A DNA stretch of 63,988 nt, the filler included, from Rozella allomycis CSF55 (lineage: Eukaryota), in NCBI GenBank assembly GCA_000442015.1. It is 18 parts of 18 records of this genome, joined end to end, with 100 filler letters (N's around TTAATTAATTAA, not from the genome) between each part and the next. Parts side by side here need not be neighbours in the genome. Positions count along the whole stretch, not along the records: positions 1 to 2,554 come from KE561218.1; positions 2,655 to 4,343 come from KE561220.1; positions 4,444 to 23,544 come from KE561222.1; 15 more parts are not named here. The stretch is one strand, 5' to 3'. Each line of letters opens with the position of its first letter. Position 1 is the stretch's first letter. This document shows, piece after piece, positions 1 through 12,967 of this stretch. Under the pieces are notes generated by a model. The model saw only the letters and a list, made by a program, of their open reading frames with translations, had not been told where the DNA came from and made no database searches. Made by a program: the position numbers and the translations under genes.

Positions 1-60
1 GATATCTGTTAACACTCGTCAGTCACGTCTTTCCTGATACGTCGTGTCAGATAAATGCAT
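1..60. repeat. Left arm of an inverted repeat bounding contig 1 (pairs with 2495-2554)
   Basis: 1-60 equals the reverse complement of 2495-2554 at 58/60 positions; the outer 40 nt are identical. Confidence 0.95.
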
Positions 61-2494
61 TTTCTCATGATCACACCTAACCCTGTAGCCTTTGAAATGC
101 ATGCCCATGGTTCATGAACTTTCTTAAGGTCCGGCTAGGTACGCAATAATGCTACTGCGCATATTTCAGTTTCTAATTCCTGCAATTCAAGATATCACAA
201 ACTACCTACCTTAATTTCTAAACATATTAGAAATAGGTAATGTTTACCAGCATTGCGAAACATGCAACATATGAAGAGCTTTTAGCGTATATACAACTTG
301 AGCACCTTCGATATGCCCGCCATTGGCTCAGTGAACAATGGTGCTTGAACACCACAAGCACAACATGCAAGGCATTTTCATGGTTTCGAGATTGCATGTC
401 AGTTGGTAAAGATAATGCTTGTGCACAATCTTTTGCAGCAAGAGTTGCAGCCGACACAATTGGATTACAAACGATCGAAGTTAGTCTTAATCACTTTTGA
501 AATACTTCATGTACTGGTGAAGTGTAATGCAGCATTGTATGGCGTTATTGTGACCTACATTGGTTTGGTCACCATGTTGTATGCAAACTTGTCTAAAGTA
601 TCTGAATCATTTAGAGAACCACTGGCCAGGCCCAGTTTATAGATTAAGTCCATATTCAAATATGCTTGTCGACAATGTCCCCTTAAGAAGTAACAGCATT
701 TCAAAAGTCGGATTGGCCTCATCAGGTTCTTGCAACACTATAAATATAAGATTATATAGCATTATTTTAGTCAATGCCGAAGATACTTTTCAAAGGCCTC
801 CCAATGGGTCAACCAGGACAGGACGATGGTGGTGAAATGTTGTTCCTATCCTGTACAACACATTTGCATAACGAAGCGGTCTCACATCAAAACTTGTTAA
901 ATTTTGTACATTGTTTTTGTTGCTATACTCTCAATGGTCTTTTGACTCAAATAGATTTTGAACCAAAAATCGGCGCGGGGGATTATCATCAGTACGATTC
1001 GCACAAATGAGCTGTTTTCTTTCAGACACTAGACAACGACAATACAGAAGATCCAAATAAAGATTGGAAATCAAACCAATATACTATTTCTAAACACGCG
1101 AGATGTATACCAAGGTGCCGTACAGACAAAAATTCTGAGGGGAAAATCATTAATTACTGTGACCGCTAGTTTGCGATTCGTAATTGCAGCAAAACATAGG
1201 AACGTATCCCCGGGTTGTTAGGTGAATCACAAAGATATTTTTGTGGAACCGTTAACACCCATTTTACCTAGGTCATATTTCCATGGGTCATGTGCTGGCT
1301 TGCCCGCTGCCACGTCGTAGGTAATACGCCAAAATGTGGCTAGGAAAATATTCGAGATTAGTCGAACAACGTATTCGTAAGTTTATTTGCACTCAAATTA
1401 TTAATGACCTGCAACTGATATTGTTGCGATAAGCAATGTGTTAATTGTGGCTCCGGTTGGGCCAGAGGAGATCCGTTGATGGTATAATTCAAAGCGTGGC
1501 GTATGTCAGTCAATATGCAAGTAACCGAAAAAAAATCGTAACGAAAACATTGATATTGAGTTGCCAACATATTCAAAGATTTAAACATCATGTTTTGCTA
1601 AATGGGATTATAACCAACAACTAATATATTTAGTGTTAAAAACAGATGCCACATGTATAGCATACTGTACCAGCGTTCTGTGTAATGTTTTTCTTTCTAT
1701 ATACGTTATGCCGTTATAGCATTTGTGTCACAAAAGATCCGCCAATGCTTTGGTGGCCGATGAATCGAGGGCCAAATCAGGTGGAATCGATTAGGCAGCA
1801 GCTCCGCATTGGACGGCCGTATTCTTCGCAACCTCCACATTGCCCGCGGAAATAGTGCGGGTAGATAAATATTTTGAAGACCCGACCGGCGCCCTTGGAA
1901 ATCATGCACAAATGTAATTTTAACTTTGCCATAGGTATTGGTTTTTGAAGTGTAATTTTAGAGGTTCATGTCGTCATTCCTCGTGGGTGACGACATAAAA
2001 ACATTCATAAAGCGGCATCGGCGAATGTTCGTATCGACGCCATTGTAATGCATGTGTAATAAACCGTTGCCAACAAATGGTACGACTGTCATGGCGGGGG
2101 GACTGCTAAACATCGCCGAAAGCATGTCGTCGTCACGGCGCGTTACCCGCCGCGTTGTCACCAGGGTCGTCGGAGAAAAAAGGCATTCGCTCACAAACAA
2201 CAGTTATGGATTAAATGCATGCGGCCGTCACTTTCAACCATCCGCCCAATCTCAATTAACGTGTGTCAAAAAGCCTTCACCATTATCAAAACGACTAATG
2301 TCATATAACCGTTAGAAACAAATGCTAAAGCTTGACCTTTCTAAGTACGCCGACGTATGACGTAGTTACCGCACACTTAGAGTTATATGCGAGACACCAC
2401 ATATTTGTCAAGGCCCCGCGCAACACAAAACGTGTGTACATGACAACAATGATTTCTGTTATCCTACAAATACGCAATAGAAGATCATAAGCTA

Positions 2495-2554
2495 ATGCAT
2501 ATATCTGACACGAAGTATCAGGAAAGACGTGACTGACGAGTGTTAACAGATATC
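2495..2554. repeat. Right arm of the inverted repeat bounding contig 1
   Basis: Reverse complement of 1-60 with two mismatches; ends exactly at the contig end. Confidence 0.95.
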
Positions 2555-2654
2555 NNNNNNNNNNNNNNNNNNNNNNNNNNNNNNNNNNNNNNNNNNNNTT
2601 AATTAATTAANNNNNNNNNNNNNNNNNNNNNNNNNNNNNNNNNNNNNNNNNNNN
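2555..2654. other. Artificial contig spacer (44 N + TTAATTAATTAA + 44 N). 17 copies, starting at 2555, 4344, 23545, 25461, 30657, 31905, 36022, 40291, 42247, 43651, 45343, 48430, 50868, 53332, 57297, 61251, 62783
   Basis: Identical 100-nt pattern each time; TTAATTAATTAA places stops in all six frames. Confidence 0.98.
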
Positions 2655-3130
2655 GCCTTGATCTGCTCAGAATATCAAATTAATCAATAAAAAAGTTGAT
2701 ATATTTAAAAAGATAGAAACTAAGAAAAACCCCCGGTTTAGACAAACTTTTTCTGTACAAAAATGGAGGAATGGATATTGACTCATGCTGTTTATAGTTT
2801 CATCTTGGTCAAATTACCTACCTTTTCGCGGCGTATTAGGTATCTTGAGTTTTATACTGCCATAATTGTGTTCATACTTCATAGAAGAGTCAATAGTTTA
2901 CCAATGAGATACTTGTTATTTAAAAGGTTAATTAAAACCCTGTTATTAACACATAACAACATTAGATCTGACCAGCAAATGAGTATCAATGACTTCTTAT
3001 CTTTAATCTTAAAATTATCAAATCTTTCCCACAAACGACTTAATGGAAAGAAAGTAAATACCCTCCCAATTAACTTACGAACAATGATATAACTATAAAC
3101 TACTAAATGAAAATTTATTGTCAAACTGAA

Positions 3131-4343
3131 TCAGGGGCCATGGTACGATCTCAATGCTGTATAATCATCAATAAGTATAGAGATTGGCAAATCATTGTAA
3201 CCAGTTTTGCTGTTTGCAGATTCCTTTTCAAATGTTGCTTCTTTTACATTAGAAAGATACACTTCATAAAATGTATGATAAGGGTACTCTGATTCCAATT
3301 TAGCAAGAAAGCAAGTAAGTTTATGCCTAGGGTCTGACTTCATATTATATACTCTATCACGATGACTTGTACAATCCTGTTCAACTGTAAACTGAATGCA
3401 ATAAACTTCCTTTTTCTTCACATCCCGCACAAACAAATCAAATCCAGTAAAGTTAGAAACTAAAGGAATAAAAAATGTTTTGTCATTAATAATATCACTA
3501 TAGGTAGTAACGTATTGAACATGTTTTCTGTCAAAGCGTACATTGATATAATCACCCACTTTGAACAACCCTTTCGATAAAGATGACATTATAACGTATC
3601 TTTCAATTTGACTTCCTTTACCAGCTGCAGTTCTATTTGAACCAAGAATTTCGGAGGCCTTCATATTAAATGTTTCATCAAAATAATCTTTGTAACGATC
3701 CAGTAACACATCTAACGTAGCACTCCAGGCAACGTTGTTAATAAAATCAAATTCTGATTTATTAGCGTTCAGCCGTCGAATTAGTTTTTTGTCATAAAGG
3801 GAACTTTCAAAACATTCTTTACCCACTAACACTCCAATTGTATTTTTAATAATTTCTAATTAAATTAGATTAAAATAATTGCCTTTTAACTTCACTTTGT
3901 TTTCATTAGGTGCATTTTCTTCAATAAATTGTTTTATTTCAGTTTTAAACACTTCATAACGATTGCCTTGATAATCATATATTTTCTGATTATAATTTTC
4001 ACCTGCAGCTGTACAACAAAGCTTGATTTCAAGAGGAATACGTCCTGCAACTTCGTAAACGTTATTGGCATCGTCAGTTGAAATATTTGGGTCAAAGAGA
4101 CGACAAAACGCAAGAACTTCATTTGGCTGCACCTCATAATGTGTTACATTGTGAATATCAAAGTATACATTTGTATTTATTTTGACATTATTGTTCGCAG
4201 AGCAAGATGAAAACACATTGACGCTTCCACAAAAATAATGAAGCATCCCTAGTGAGTCTTCAGAATTTAACCCCGAACCATACTTGATGGTATTATATTG
4301 ATCAAAAACTAAAATAATCTTAATGCCAAGGTTGTCATAAAAT
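3131..4343 (-). CDS. Crinkler (CRN)-type P-loop NTPase + PD-(D/E)xK REase-fold protein, 5' truncated by contig end
   Basis: Walker B-like IILVFDQYN near 4300; C-terminal PLVSNFTGFDLF...CIQFTV typical of CR-REase domains. ORFs 3860-4246 and 3131-3832 join in frame via a 27-nt GC-AG intron (3856-3882). Confidence 0.65.
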
Positions 4344-4443
4344 NNNNNNNNNNNNNNNNNNNNNNNNNNNNNNNNNNNNNNNNNNNNTTAATTAATTAAN
4401 NNNNNNNNNNNNNNNNNNNNNNNNNNNNNNNNNNNNNNNNNNN

Positions 4444-7400
4444 AGAATAGAATAAGCCAAAATCATATGTAGCCTTTAAATATAGTAATATTCGTAATAA
4501 AGATTTCTGATGATACACGGTAGGTGAGTTTTGAAATTGAGCAAGCGTGTTGACTGCAAAAACGATATCAGGCCTAGTTTGCTGGGCAATATAGGAAAGT
4601 TTCATAACTAAAGATCTGTACATACCTTTTTCTTTGTCTCTTAACAATACACTTGTATTATCACTTTTCCAATTTGTAGACATTCGCGTCAGAGGTAGAT
4701 TATCGTCGTCAGTATCCCAAAGATTTAATTCTTCTAATAAATCCTGAATACGCTGACTTTGTCCGATCCAAATTCCCTTGTCCCCAATTCGTTGTACTTT
4801 AATTTTCAAGATCCAATTAGCAATGCCAATATCCTTAATATCAAACTTCATTTTTATCGTCTTCTTTACATCAATTATTTCCTTTCTCTCATTTGATATT
4901 AACAAAATGTCATCGACATAGATTACGATTATAATTATTACAGAACAATCGGGACTGGATTTGTATAACAAACAAGGTTCACTCTTGCATGTTCTAAAAT
5001 CGGATTGTTTTAGAAAATCACTAAAACATTTGTACCATTCAGCTGATGCCTGGTGCAAACCATACAAATTTTGCTTCAATTCTGCAACTAATTCAATTTT
5101 CTCTTTTGAATATTTTTCAAATCCAATAGGCAATTTCATGTAATTAGGTTCTGACAATTTTCCATACAGAACGGCAGTGTTGACATCAATTGGCTCAATA
5201 TGTAAATTCAATAAAACACATAAAGAAACCATAAACCTTACTGATTGAATTTTAACCACTGGTGAAAAAGTCGATCTATAGTCAATGTCTTCAACTTGTT
5301 GATTTCCCATAGCTACTAACCTTGCCTTAAAACGTTCAATATAGCCTTCCGAATCTATCTTATAATCAAAGACCNGAAAAAGTGGATTTATAGTCAATGT
5401 CTTCAACTTGTTGATTTCCCATAGCTACTAACCTTGCCTTAAAACGTTCAATATAGCCTTCCGAATCTATCTTATAATCAAAGACCCATTTGGAACGTAT
5501 TATTTTTCTACCTGGTGGGGGGATTACTTCACGCCACGTATTATGAGTCTTCAAAGAAGCTATCTTGTCCTGCATTGCCTTAAGAAAACATTCAGCAAAA
5601 GGTCCATTCATAGCCTCCTTCACAGTCCGAGGCACCGGTGGACATTCCGATCTCTTGATAAATATTTTTGATCGTTTAGGGTAATTATCAAGGGTCCTTA
5701 CTGGCCAGTTAATCTTTTCATTTGATGGTATCGGAAATGTTATAATGTATACAAATATTATTCGCAATATAAGATACATCATCATTTTCAAAATACTGAA
5801 TATTAATGGAAGAAGTAAACAATTCATTAAATTTCATTGAACTATTGATCTCTAACTTACCTTCGTCAAANAAAATACTGAATAATAATGGAAGAAGTAA
5901 CCAATTCATTAAATTTCATTGAACTATTGATCTCTAACTTACCTTCGTCAAAATTTGAAATTGAAATGCTTGTTATGTCGTCATTTTGGTTCGTTAAACC
6001 TCTTTTAACCTGACTACGCAATTGTCTAGTATTTTCTTCCGTATTGTTACCGGAACCTTTCAGGCCTGGAAATTCAGTAGGAAAAAAATCAACATGAAAA
6101 TAAGTATTCACTTTTCTGGATTCGAAGTCATAACATTGGTATAAATTTTCACCCTTCATTCCAACAAAAAGACCTAATTTGCCTTTAATTGTTTTCCGCT
6201 TTCTTTGCTCAGAATATAAGAATATGGTCACTAAGCAACCAAAAGGATTGACATTTTTCTTGTAAGGAGGATATCCATGAAACAACTCACAAGGTGTCTT
6301 CTCGCATCCACTTCTTACGATTCTATTCTTTAAAATACCGAATATTCCAAAGCGTAAATTTCAAAGCTTCCTTTGAGATGTGCTTGCGTTAGCATAGCTG
6401 CCGACATAATTTTGAGGGTTTGAATGTTTCGTTCCGCTAAGCCATTAAGTTCCTTTACATATGCTGGCGATGGATTCACATGAATGGGGGGACTCTTTGT
6501 GTTGCACCAATTTATGAAATCATGTGAAATCAACTCTCCTGAATCACATCGTATTTTTAGGACCTTAAATTGCACCTTTGATTCTCCAAATCCAAAATAC
6601 TTTGTTTAATTAAACTTGATGCAGCACTCTTCAATTTTGTAAAATTAATTATAATATATTTAGAATATCCATCTATAATCGGTTGCCAGTAATTGAAATA
6701 GAATTTAGAATCCAAAGGCACCAAGTTGGTATGGATTACTTCTAACAATCTCGTTGCCGGATTATTAGTGGCGTTGCAAATACTGCAAATCTGACATTTA
6801 TCAAGTGAACTGATAAATTTGTTAGGTACCTTGCAACCTAACGACTTAAGAATTGAATCTATACTTGCATGACCATATGTAACATGCAAATGCTTTAAGA
6901 TAGACTTTATGTTTTGTGTATCTAGCTTGCGACCAAAATATTCAAATATATCTGAATTTTTAAGTATATTTTCAGGATTTTCATAACAATCTGTTTGGTC
7001 GGTTTTATCTCCAATTGCATTGCTTAAAGCAAGTTGATCAGACTGTTTCAATAAACAATGTGGGTGAATATAATATAGTTTATCTTTATAGAACCCAATT
7101 TCAATGATATTGTTTTCTTTAGTTCTAGCAACTACAGAACTTTCTTTAAAAATTATTTCCCAACCAAATTTCGCTAATTAAATGATTTACGCCTATTAAA
7201 GTTGATGCCAATTCTGGAATAAGAAAGCAATTTTTGATTAAGAACACCGATTCATTAAACATCCACCTAATGGTTCCTGTTCCAACAATATCAATTAAAT
7301 TCCCATTTGCTACTTTTGCCTCTCCTTCAAAATACTGTATATTTTCCAACAATTCAGCACTATTTACCATAATATCTGTAGCCCCAGAGTCCAATATAAT

Positions 7401-8748
7401 GTTGGACACGTTTATTCCTTTAACAGAATTGCAAATAGTGAAATTGAAAAAAGGCAAATATGGTAAAGCCGGTTTATTTTCCTCTTGCATATTTTGAAAG
7501 AAACTTGATAAATCCATTTCCGGCTTATTTTCATTTAACCATTTTACGTATCTTAACGCATTTGCTTGAAAACGACATTGTTGTCCCTTTTGATGGAAAC
7601 GCTTACAAAGAGGACATTTAGAACTATTGGCATCAGACTGTTCAGCCGGCTTCTTATGACGAACAAAGCTATTTCTATTCTGAAACCTGTTGTCTGATTT
7701 GTGTGGAAAAGAGTGATACGCTTTCTTCTTGGGATATCTCTGAGATTTGCCAGAAAAATTAACTTCTGGTTTCTCTCATCTATTGTCATTTGGAACATTT
7801 CCGGAAGTGAAATGCGAAGTCATGGATGATTGAGACAAATTAACGAGATAGTCCAAAAACTGTTGAACCGACTTGAAGTCACTAAAACCTGAAGTAGTAA
7901 GCTTAGATGTTAATTCGTTAAAGAAGACAGATGATGGTGGACTTTCAAGGTACCTTCCAATGAACAACAACCACCCCCAATGTTCATTATTCGCAGTTAG
8001 TAAATCATTTACAAGTTTCTTTTCCTTTTCAGTAAGTAGTTTCCTTCAACATCCTTATCCACTTGTTTGCCTTTCACAGATTCCCTAGAGACATTCGCAC
8101 TTAAAGTCAAACCTTGAATCCATTCATAAATATCAGATGGATTTTCTGNTAAATATCAGAAGGATTTTCTGATTTTTCCTTGGAAAGAGAAGCATTAAAT
8201 AATTGCTTCAACCATAACGTCAAATCATTTCCCGAAAGTTCTTTTGCTTTAAACAGGTTTTCATATTGAATTAAAGCTTCTTTAACGTTTTTCGGTTTCG
8301 CGTCTCTCTTGAACACCATGTCATTTTCCGAATTTCGGAAACAATTTTTCACTAAGGCCAGGGCACAGTCGCTCTCCTTAATAAACTTTTGGTACTTCTC
8401 GAAATTGTTGTTATTCAATTGGTGAGCTTGGTTATGAATCTGAAACCCCTTTTGATAGGTTTCAACACGTGACTGAAACGACTTTCCAGTTTCAGCATCC
8501 TCTTGTACTGGGTACGCAGGCAGTGGAGGGACAGGAATGAGCATGGGCTTTTCAACGTCAACGACCTCTTCCGACAAAAGATGACCCAGGTTGTTTGCTG
8601 CAAGGTAGTCGACTATCTTCTCCTTGTGAGCTAGGAAAGCTGCTTTTCCGTAAGTTGTAAGCGGTGCAGGTGGGGTGCTTGCAGTGATTGAGACCTCTGT
8701 CGAGGCGCGCTTTTGTGTTAAATTATTCGACTTAGTAAAAGTATTCAT
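4444..8748 (-). mobile_element. Degenerate Ty1/Copia LTR retrotransposon (gag-PR-IN-RT order), 3' truncated
   Basis: Gag-like ORF 8107-8748; knuckle CPLCKRFHQKGQQC near 7590; protease IILDSGAT; integrase HVTYGH..CQIC, IRCDSGE, NGLAER; RT KWVF..RFKARLVA, YGLHQA, IYVDDILL. Several frameshifts and stops; LTRs not delimited. Confidence 0.95.
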
Positions 8749-9811
8749 AAAATAAAAACCAGGGTTTATTTAAAATAGATTTTCTTATTATTCAGTTTAA
8801 GTCAAATATCAGTGCCAAAAGCGCAACCTGTGCAGATTGTCTTTTGTACTTTTAACAATATTTTCGGTCCATCACGTGATGACCAACGTGTCCCATTTAT
8901 CAAGAAACCAGTGTTACATATAACGAATCACTATTAAGGTTTAAAACCACGGTTCCATCAGCCTTCAGTCGTCACAATAAACTTCCCATAATTATCTTTT
9001 GACGCTACAACCGCCCTTTGCCCTTTCGGAATATAGTGTTCAGGTGCTTGTGCGTCTACTACCAAATAGACACTATCGTTTCCTTATTTTATCGTCTCTC
9101 CAATNGTCATCATGAATTTAATTTGTCGTTGGTTGGCCTTCTACTACAGCCAATGCCGGTTCACCAATATTTGATGAAGTCTAGGGTAAATGTCAGGAAA
9201 TGTTCCAGTCCNTACTACCAAATAGACACTATGGTTTCCTTATTTTATCGTCTCTCCAATCCGCGTATTTGTGGCAAGGAGGACGAACAGCGCATGATTA
9301 ATTTTAAATTCCATTAACATTAGATGCTCGTGCGACATGCAATACCCCAGGACTAGGCCGGTTTGCGGACCTTTTAAAAGCTACGTCCCTAATTGTCCCA
9401 CTGGACAAAGGTGTCTCATCATAATATATCCATGCCTCACCATGACTCACCATTTCACCCACAGGCCTGTTTGGCCCACGCCGTNCAACCATGTCATTGA
9501 TTTTTATGTAAACAACTTCAATTATAGGTATGTGTGTTACGACCAAGTAATAGACTAAAACACGTTCCTATTACCCCTTCTAGTAGGATGTGAGTCACTG
9601 GCCGCGGAGATAATAGTGATGTGGCACAGTAGGTCTGTTTAGGACAACCGAATCTTACGTAATACAAGCTTCTCCGATCATGGCGTTATTAAACCATTTT
9701 ACGCCGTCGACAATTTTTCGCTGTTAATGTTATATAAAACAGCTTACAAACTGATTTGTACATTCATATTGTTAAATATTATGATAACTTTATTATTGCA
9801 AACTTGTCTAT

Positions 9812-11261
9812 TTATTTATTTCTTTCTTTACTTTGTTTTTGGATATATCTTGGAAAGGTATTTTGATAAACCATTCGTAAAACTTCACGCTTAATTGGCT
9901 CAAAAATATTGATATAATCCTGCTCGTTCATTTTTTTCTGAAATTCCTGGAGTACAGTAAATGGTATGTTTAATTCAAATTGAGAGCCTGGTCTTAAATA
10001 TTCATAGTAGATTTTCGAAATCTCGATACCAAAATTTTCACCAGAAAGGTTTGAAATATCTAAGACTGTCTTTGAGGTTCCGTATGTGGTTTTGTCATTG
10101 CTATACAGTTTATCTGTTGAATTTCTTGAGAGCATTTTGAAATCCAGTCTCATGGAATAGCGAGAATAGAGGCTAATCAGGGATTCAATAAAGAGAATGT
10201 TTTCTACACAGAGTTCGTTTGCAGCCTCGTCTTTCAATTCTTGGAATAATTTTGGGTTTTGCAAAATGAGATAAAAACTTCCCTCGTCAATGTTTAGACG
10301 CCTCCTATTTCGTGTAAGACTCCAAGCTAAAATTGAGGGGTGCAGAACAGACAAATATTGCATAGTCATAGACAAGATTACCAATACAAACGTTGGGCCT
10401 GAAGTACTTGATATATAACTGAAAGGACTGAACCTCAGGAAAGCAACAAATATATATAGTAGAAATCCGACTAAAGATGATATGATCTCCAATTTCGATT
10501 CAGTTGCCATCCAAAGACTGTCCTTACAGTCTTTTAGAACAATTGTAAGATATCCAATGCATAGCAATGATACTGCAATAATGAAATAGACTGGATAATA
10601 CTGACTAAAGGGACAAGAAGGCAGCGAACTGGATGTTGGGTCTATATAATATGCGACTAGTAATAAAGCGATTTCGACTAAAAATATATAACCCGATAGT
10701 TTCAATATAGATTTGGACGTTAGCTTTTGAATGTTTTTAATTTGGTGCTCCTGTATCAAAGCTGCGTCTGTTACAAATGTCTCTGGAGAGTTTTCAACTA
10801 TGTTCCTTGAGAAAATAATCCTTACACAATTGATTGCTTTTCGAACTATGTCTAAGGACATATTTGCCAAGTACTATCATGAAATACGCCAAGGGCCTGT
10901 ATTTTGTAGTTAGAACAAGATTTTTTTCATTCATTTTCTTTTGTGTCACTAAATTGGATATCGCTAAATAACACATTCGAATAATGTAGAGAAAGAAGAA
11001 GATTGGGACGAAAAAATAGTAAAGAACAAGTTGCACTCCACAATTAAAGACAGGGCGCACTCCATTAAAATATCTGCTTGTTAAAAGAAATAAGATACAA
11101 CAGCAAAAGTTGACAAATGACAAAAAGCTTAATACTGGTAGCATTCGTCGCTGGATTATATCCTGATTCTTAAACTTGAATGCTAAGAGTAATGACCCCA
11201 TAAAATAGACCGCAACACCAACTATACAGATGGATAGATTCATTGCCAGATTTTCAGACAT
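9812..11261 (-). CDS. Multi-pass (7TM-like) membrane protein with C-terminal RGS domain
   Basis: Multiple hydrophobic helices followed by RGS motifs ELCVENILFIE, IYYEYLRPGSQFELNIP, MVYQNTFPRY. The two ORFs join through a short GC-donor intron near 10840-10870. Confidence 0.85.
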
Positions 11262-11570
11262 GTTCAGCGAAATAAATTGTTGCCATGGTTAGACTCGAAT
11301 GTTGTCCTTTAGCTTTAGCAAGATGCGCACTCTTCATTTTAGGGCTAAACTGTTATAAATCTATAAATGCATTACTAATTTACTATAAAAGGAAAAGATA
11401 TGTGCATAAGTGCATTCTGAGCTGGAATTTTCATGTTTCATCTCAACTCTCAAGTAGCAAAAGAAGGGCGAGAGGAATTAACAGGGTAGCCGAAATTTAA
11501 CACAGTTAAAATGTAAAGGTTTCAATAAACAATCAATTTCCTTAACAATGGTAATTGGTAAACAAATAAA

Positions 11571-11842
11571 ATGGAAACCGATAATTACTGGGAAGACAGG
11601 GAAGATTTAAGCAATTTGCATCTTGCCATCAACAAAACAGCGATTTTTATCAATGATTTTGGTAAGCAACAATCTATTCCGCGAGAGAAAGTTACATTAA
11701 TTCAAATAATTCAGACTTATCGGAAAAAATAGACTGCATTAACAGAAAATCAAAAGAAATCGCTATTAAGGTACGTATTGCTTTGGTATGTAAAGAGTAG
11801 ATCGAAAGTGTGAGAATCCATCAAGAACCCTTGGGCAAATAA
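11571..11842 (+). CDS. BRK1: BRICK1/HSPC300, WAVE(SCAR) regulatory complex subunit (not in ORF track)
   Basis: Splicing introns 11662-11687 and 11771-11800 gives METDNYWEDREDLSNLHLAINKTAIFINDFESYINSNNSDLSEKIDCINRKSKEIAIKIESV..., matching the BRK1 pattern W..RE......I.K.A.F.N.F......L.EK....R. Confidence 0.75.
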
Positions 11843-11956
11843 AGCGGCTAGTTTTTTTACTTTATATTGTTAGATAATTATATTTTAATTATCATGCACA
11901 ATTTAAATGGTTCTGTGGTTTTGTACCTGGAATTTACTGAAAAACGATTTTTGGCA

Positions 11957-12910
11957 ATGGAGCATGATTCTTGTCCTGTTTGTAAAACAGACAAATATTT
12001 GGTACCAACAATGCAACTTTTTGCTACTCCTTGTTTTCATGTTATGTGTGAAACGTGTGCGCTGAGGCTCTTTCCTCATGGAAGTGCACCCTGCCCAACA
12101 TGTAAAATCTCGATTAAAAAGAGCGAGTTTTTCAAACCAGTGTTTAGCGATCTAGTGGTTGAAAAAGAAATAAGAGTACGTAAAAGAGTTCAGGATGTGT
12201 AAAAATATTTCTTTGGATTGACAGAATGAACAAGAGATTAGACGATTTTCAACGGGAGATAAAATCTGCCGATTCAGCTTTGGAAGCTTACAATGATTAC
12301 CTAGAACAAATAGAAGATATAGGTAAATGCATTACATGTTTGCGATAGTCTATGACCTTGTTTATGGCCACAATATTGCAGAACGAGAGCAACAATTAAA
12401 AGAAGAATTTAACTTCAACACAAGTGAAATTAAGAAGAGCAGATTGCTTTTGGAAGAGGAGGATCAAAGGATAAGAGATATGATCCACCAGGAAGAAATA
12501 GAAAAACAGCTTCAGCGTCAGGCTGATTTAGAACATATACTACAAGAAGAAAAACTTCGCGAAAAAGAGAGAAAAATGTTTATGGTAAATATAAATGAGG
12601 TTCAGCTTAGAAAGCACTGGAGTCGAACAAACCTCTTCCAAGGAAGACTGTACTTCACGATAACAATGTTACCTTATCAACGCCGGCTATATTTTTAGGT
12701 GGAAAAGAAGCAAAAAACGTTGAAATTAATGCTGATCTAGAATGGAGAGATTCATTTATATGCAAAGAGTTAAAACACATAGACGTGAATTTGGCAGATC
12801 ATTTAATCGATTTGGTTAATAAGGAATGGGACTTTTCGTCAGGACTCTCTAGAAAAATTGTATGGGGTGGAGCTGTTCATTCATTGCATGACTCCCTTTA
12901 TGTGTTTTAA
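11957..12910 (+). CDS. MNAT1: CDK-activating kinase assembly factor MAT1/Tfb3 (RING finger)
   Basis: CPVCKTDKYL..PCFHVMCETC..CPTC, FSDLVVEKEIRVRKRV, YNDYLEQIEDIVY; three 26-nt GT-AG introns. Confidence 0.93.
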
Positions 12911-12967
12911 CTCGAAAATAAATACCATTTTAAGTGGTGTATATTTATTTAAATTATTCAAAAATAA

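Noticed and set aside
774-1010. GDYHQYDSH resembling RdRp motif A; 2.5-kb size and complementary ends suggested a mitovirus/narnavirus copy
   Set aside because: No long ORF even with TGA read as Trp (TAG/TAA interrupt), and no motif B/C in the right order.
2599-2610. Recurrent TTAATTAATTAA palindrome between N runs
   Set aside because: Artificial six-frame stop linker, not a biological repeat or CRISPR.
8750-9750. Possible Copia 5' LTR and primer-binding site
   Set aside because: No second LTR in the contig for comparison, no convincing PBS, and three N junctions disturb the region.
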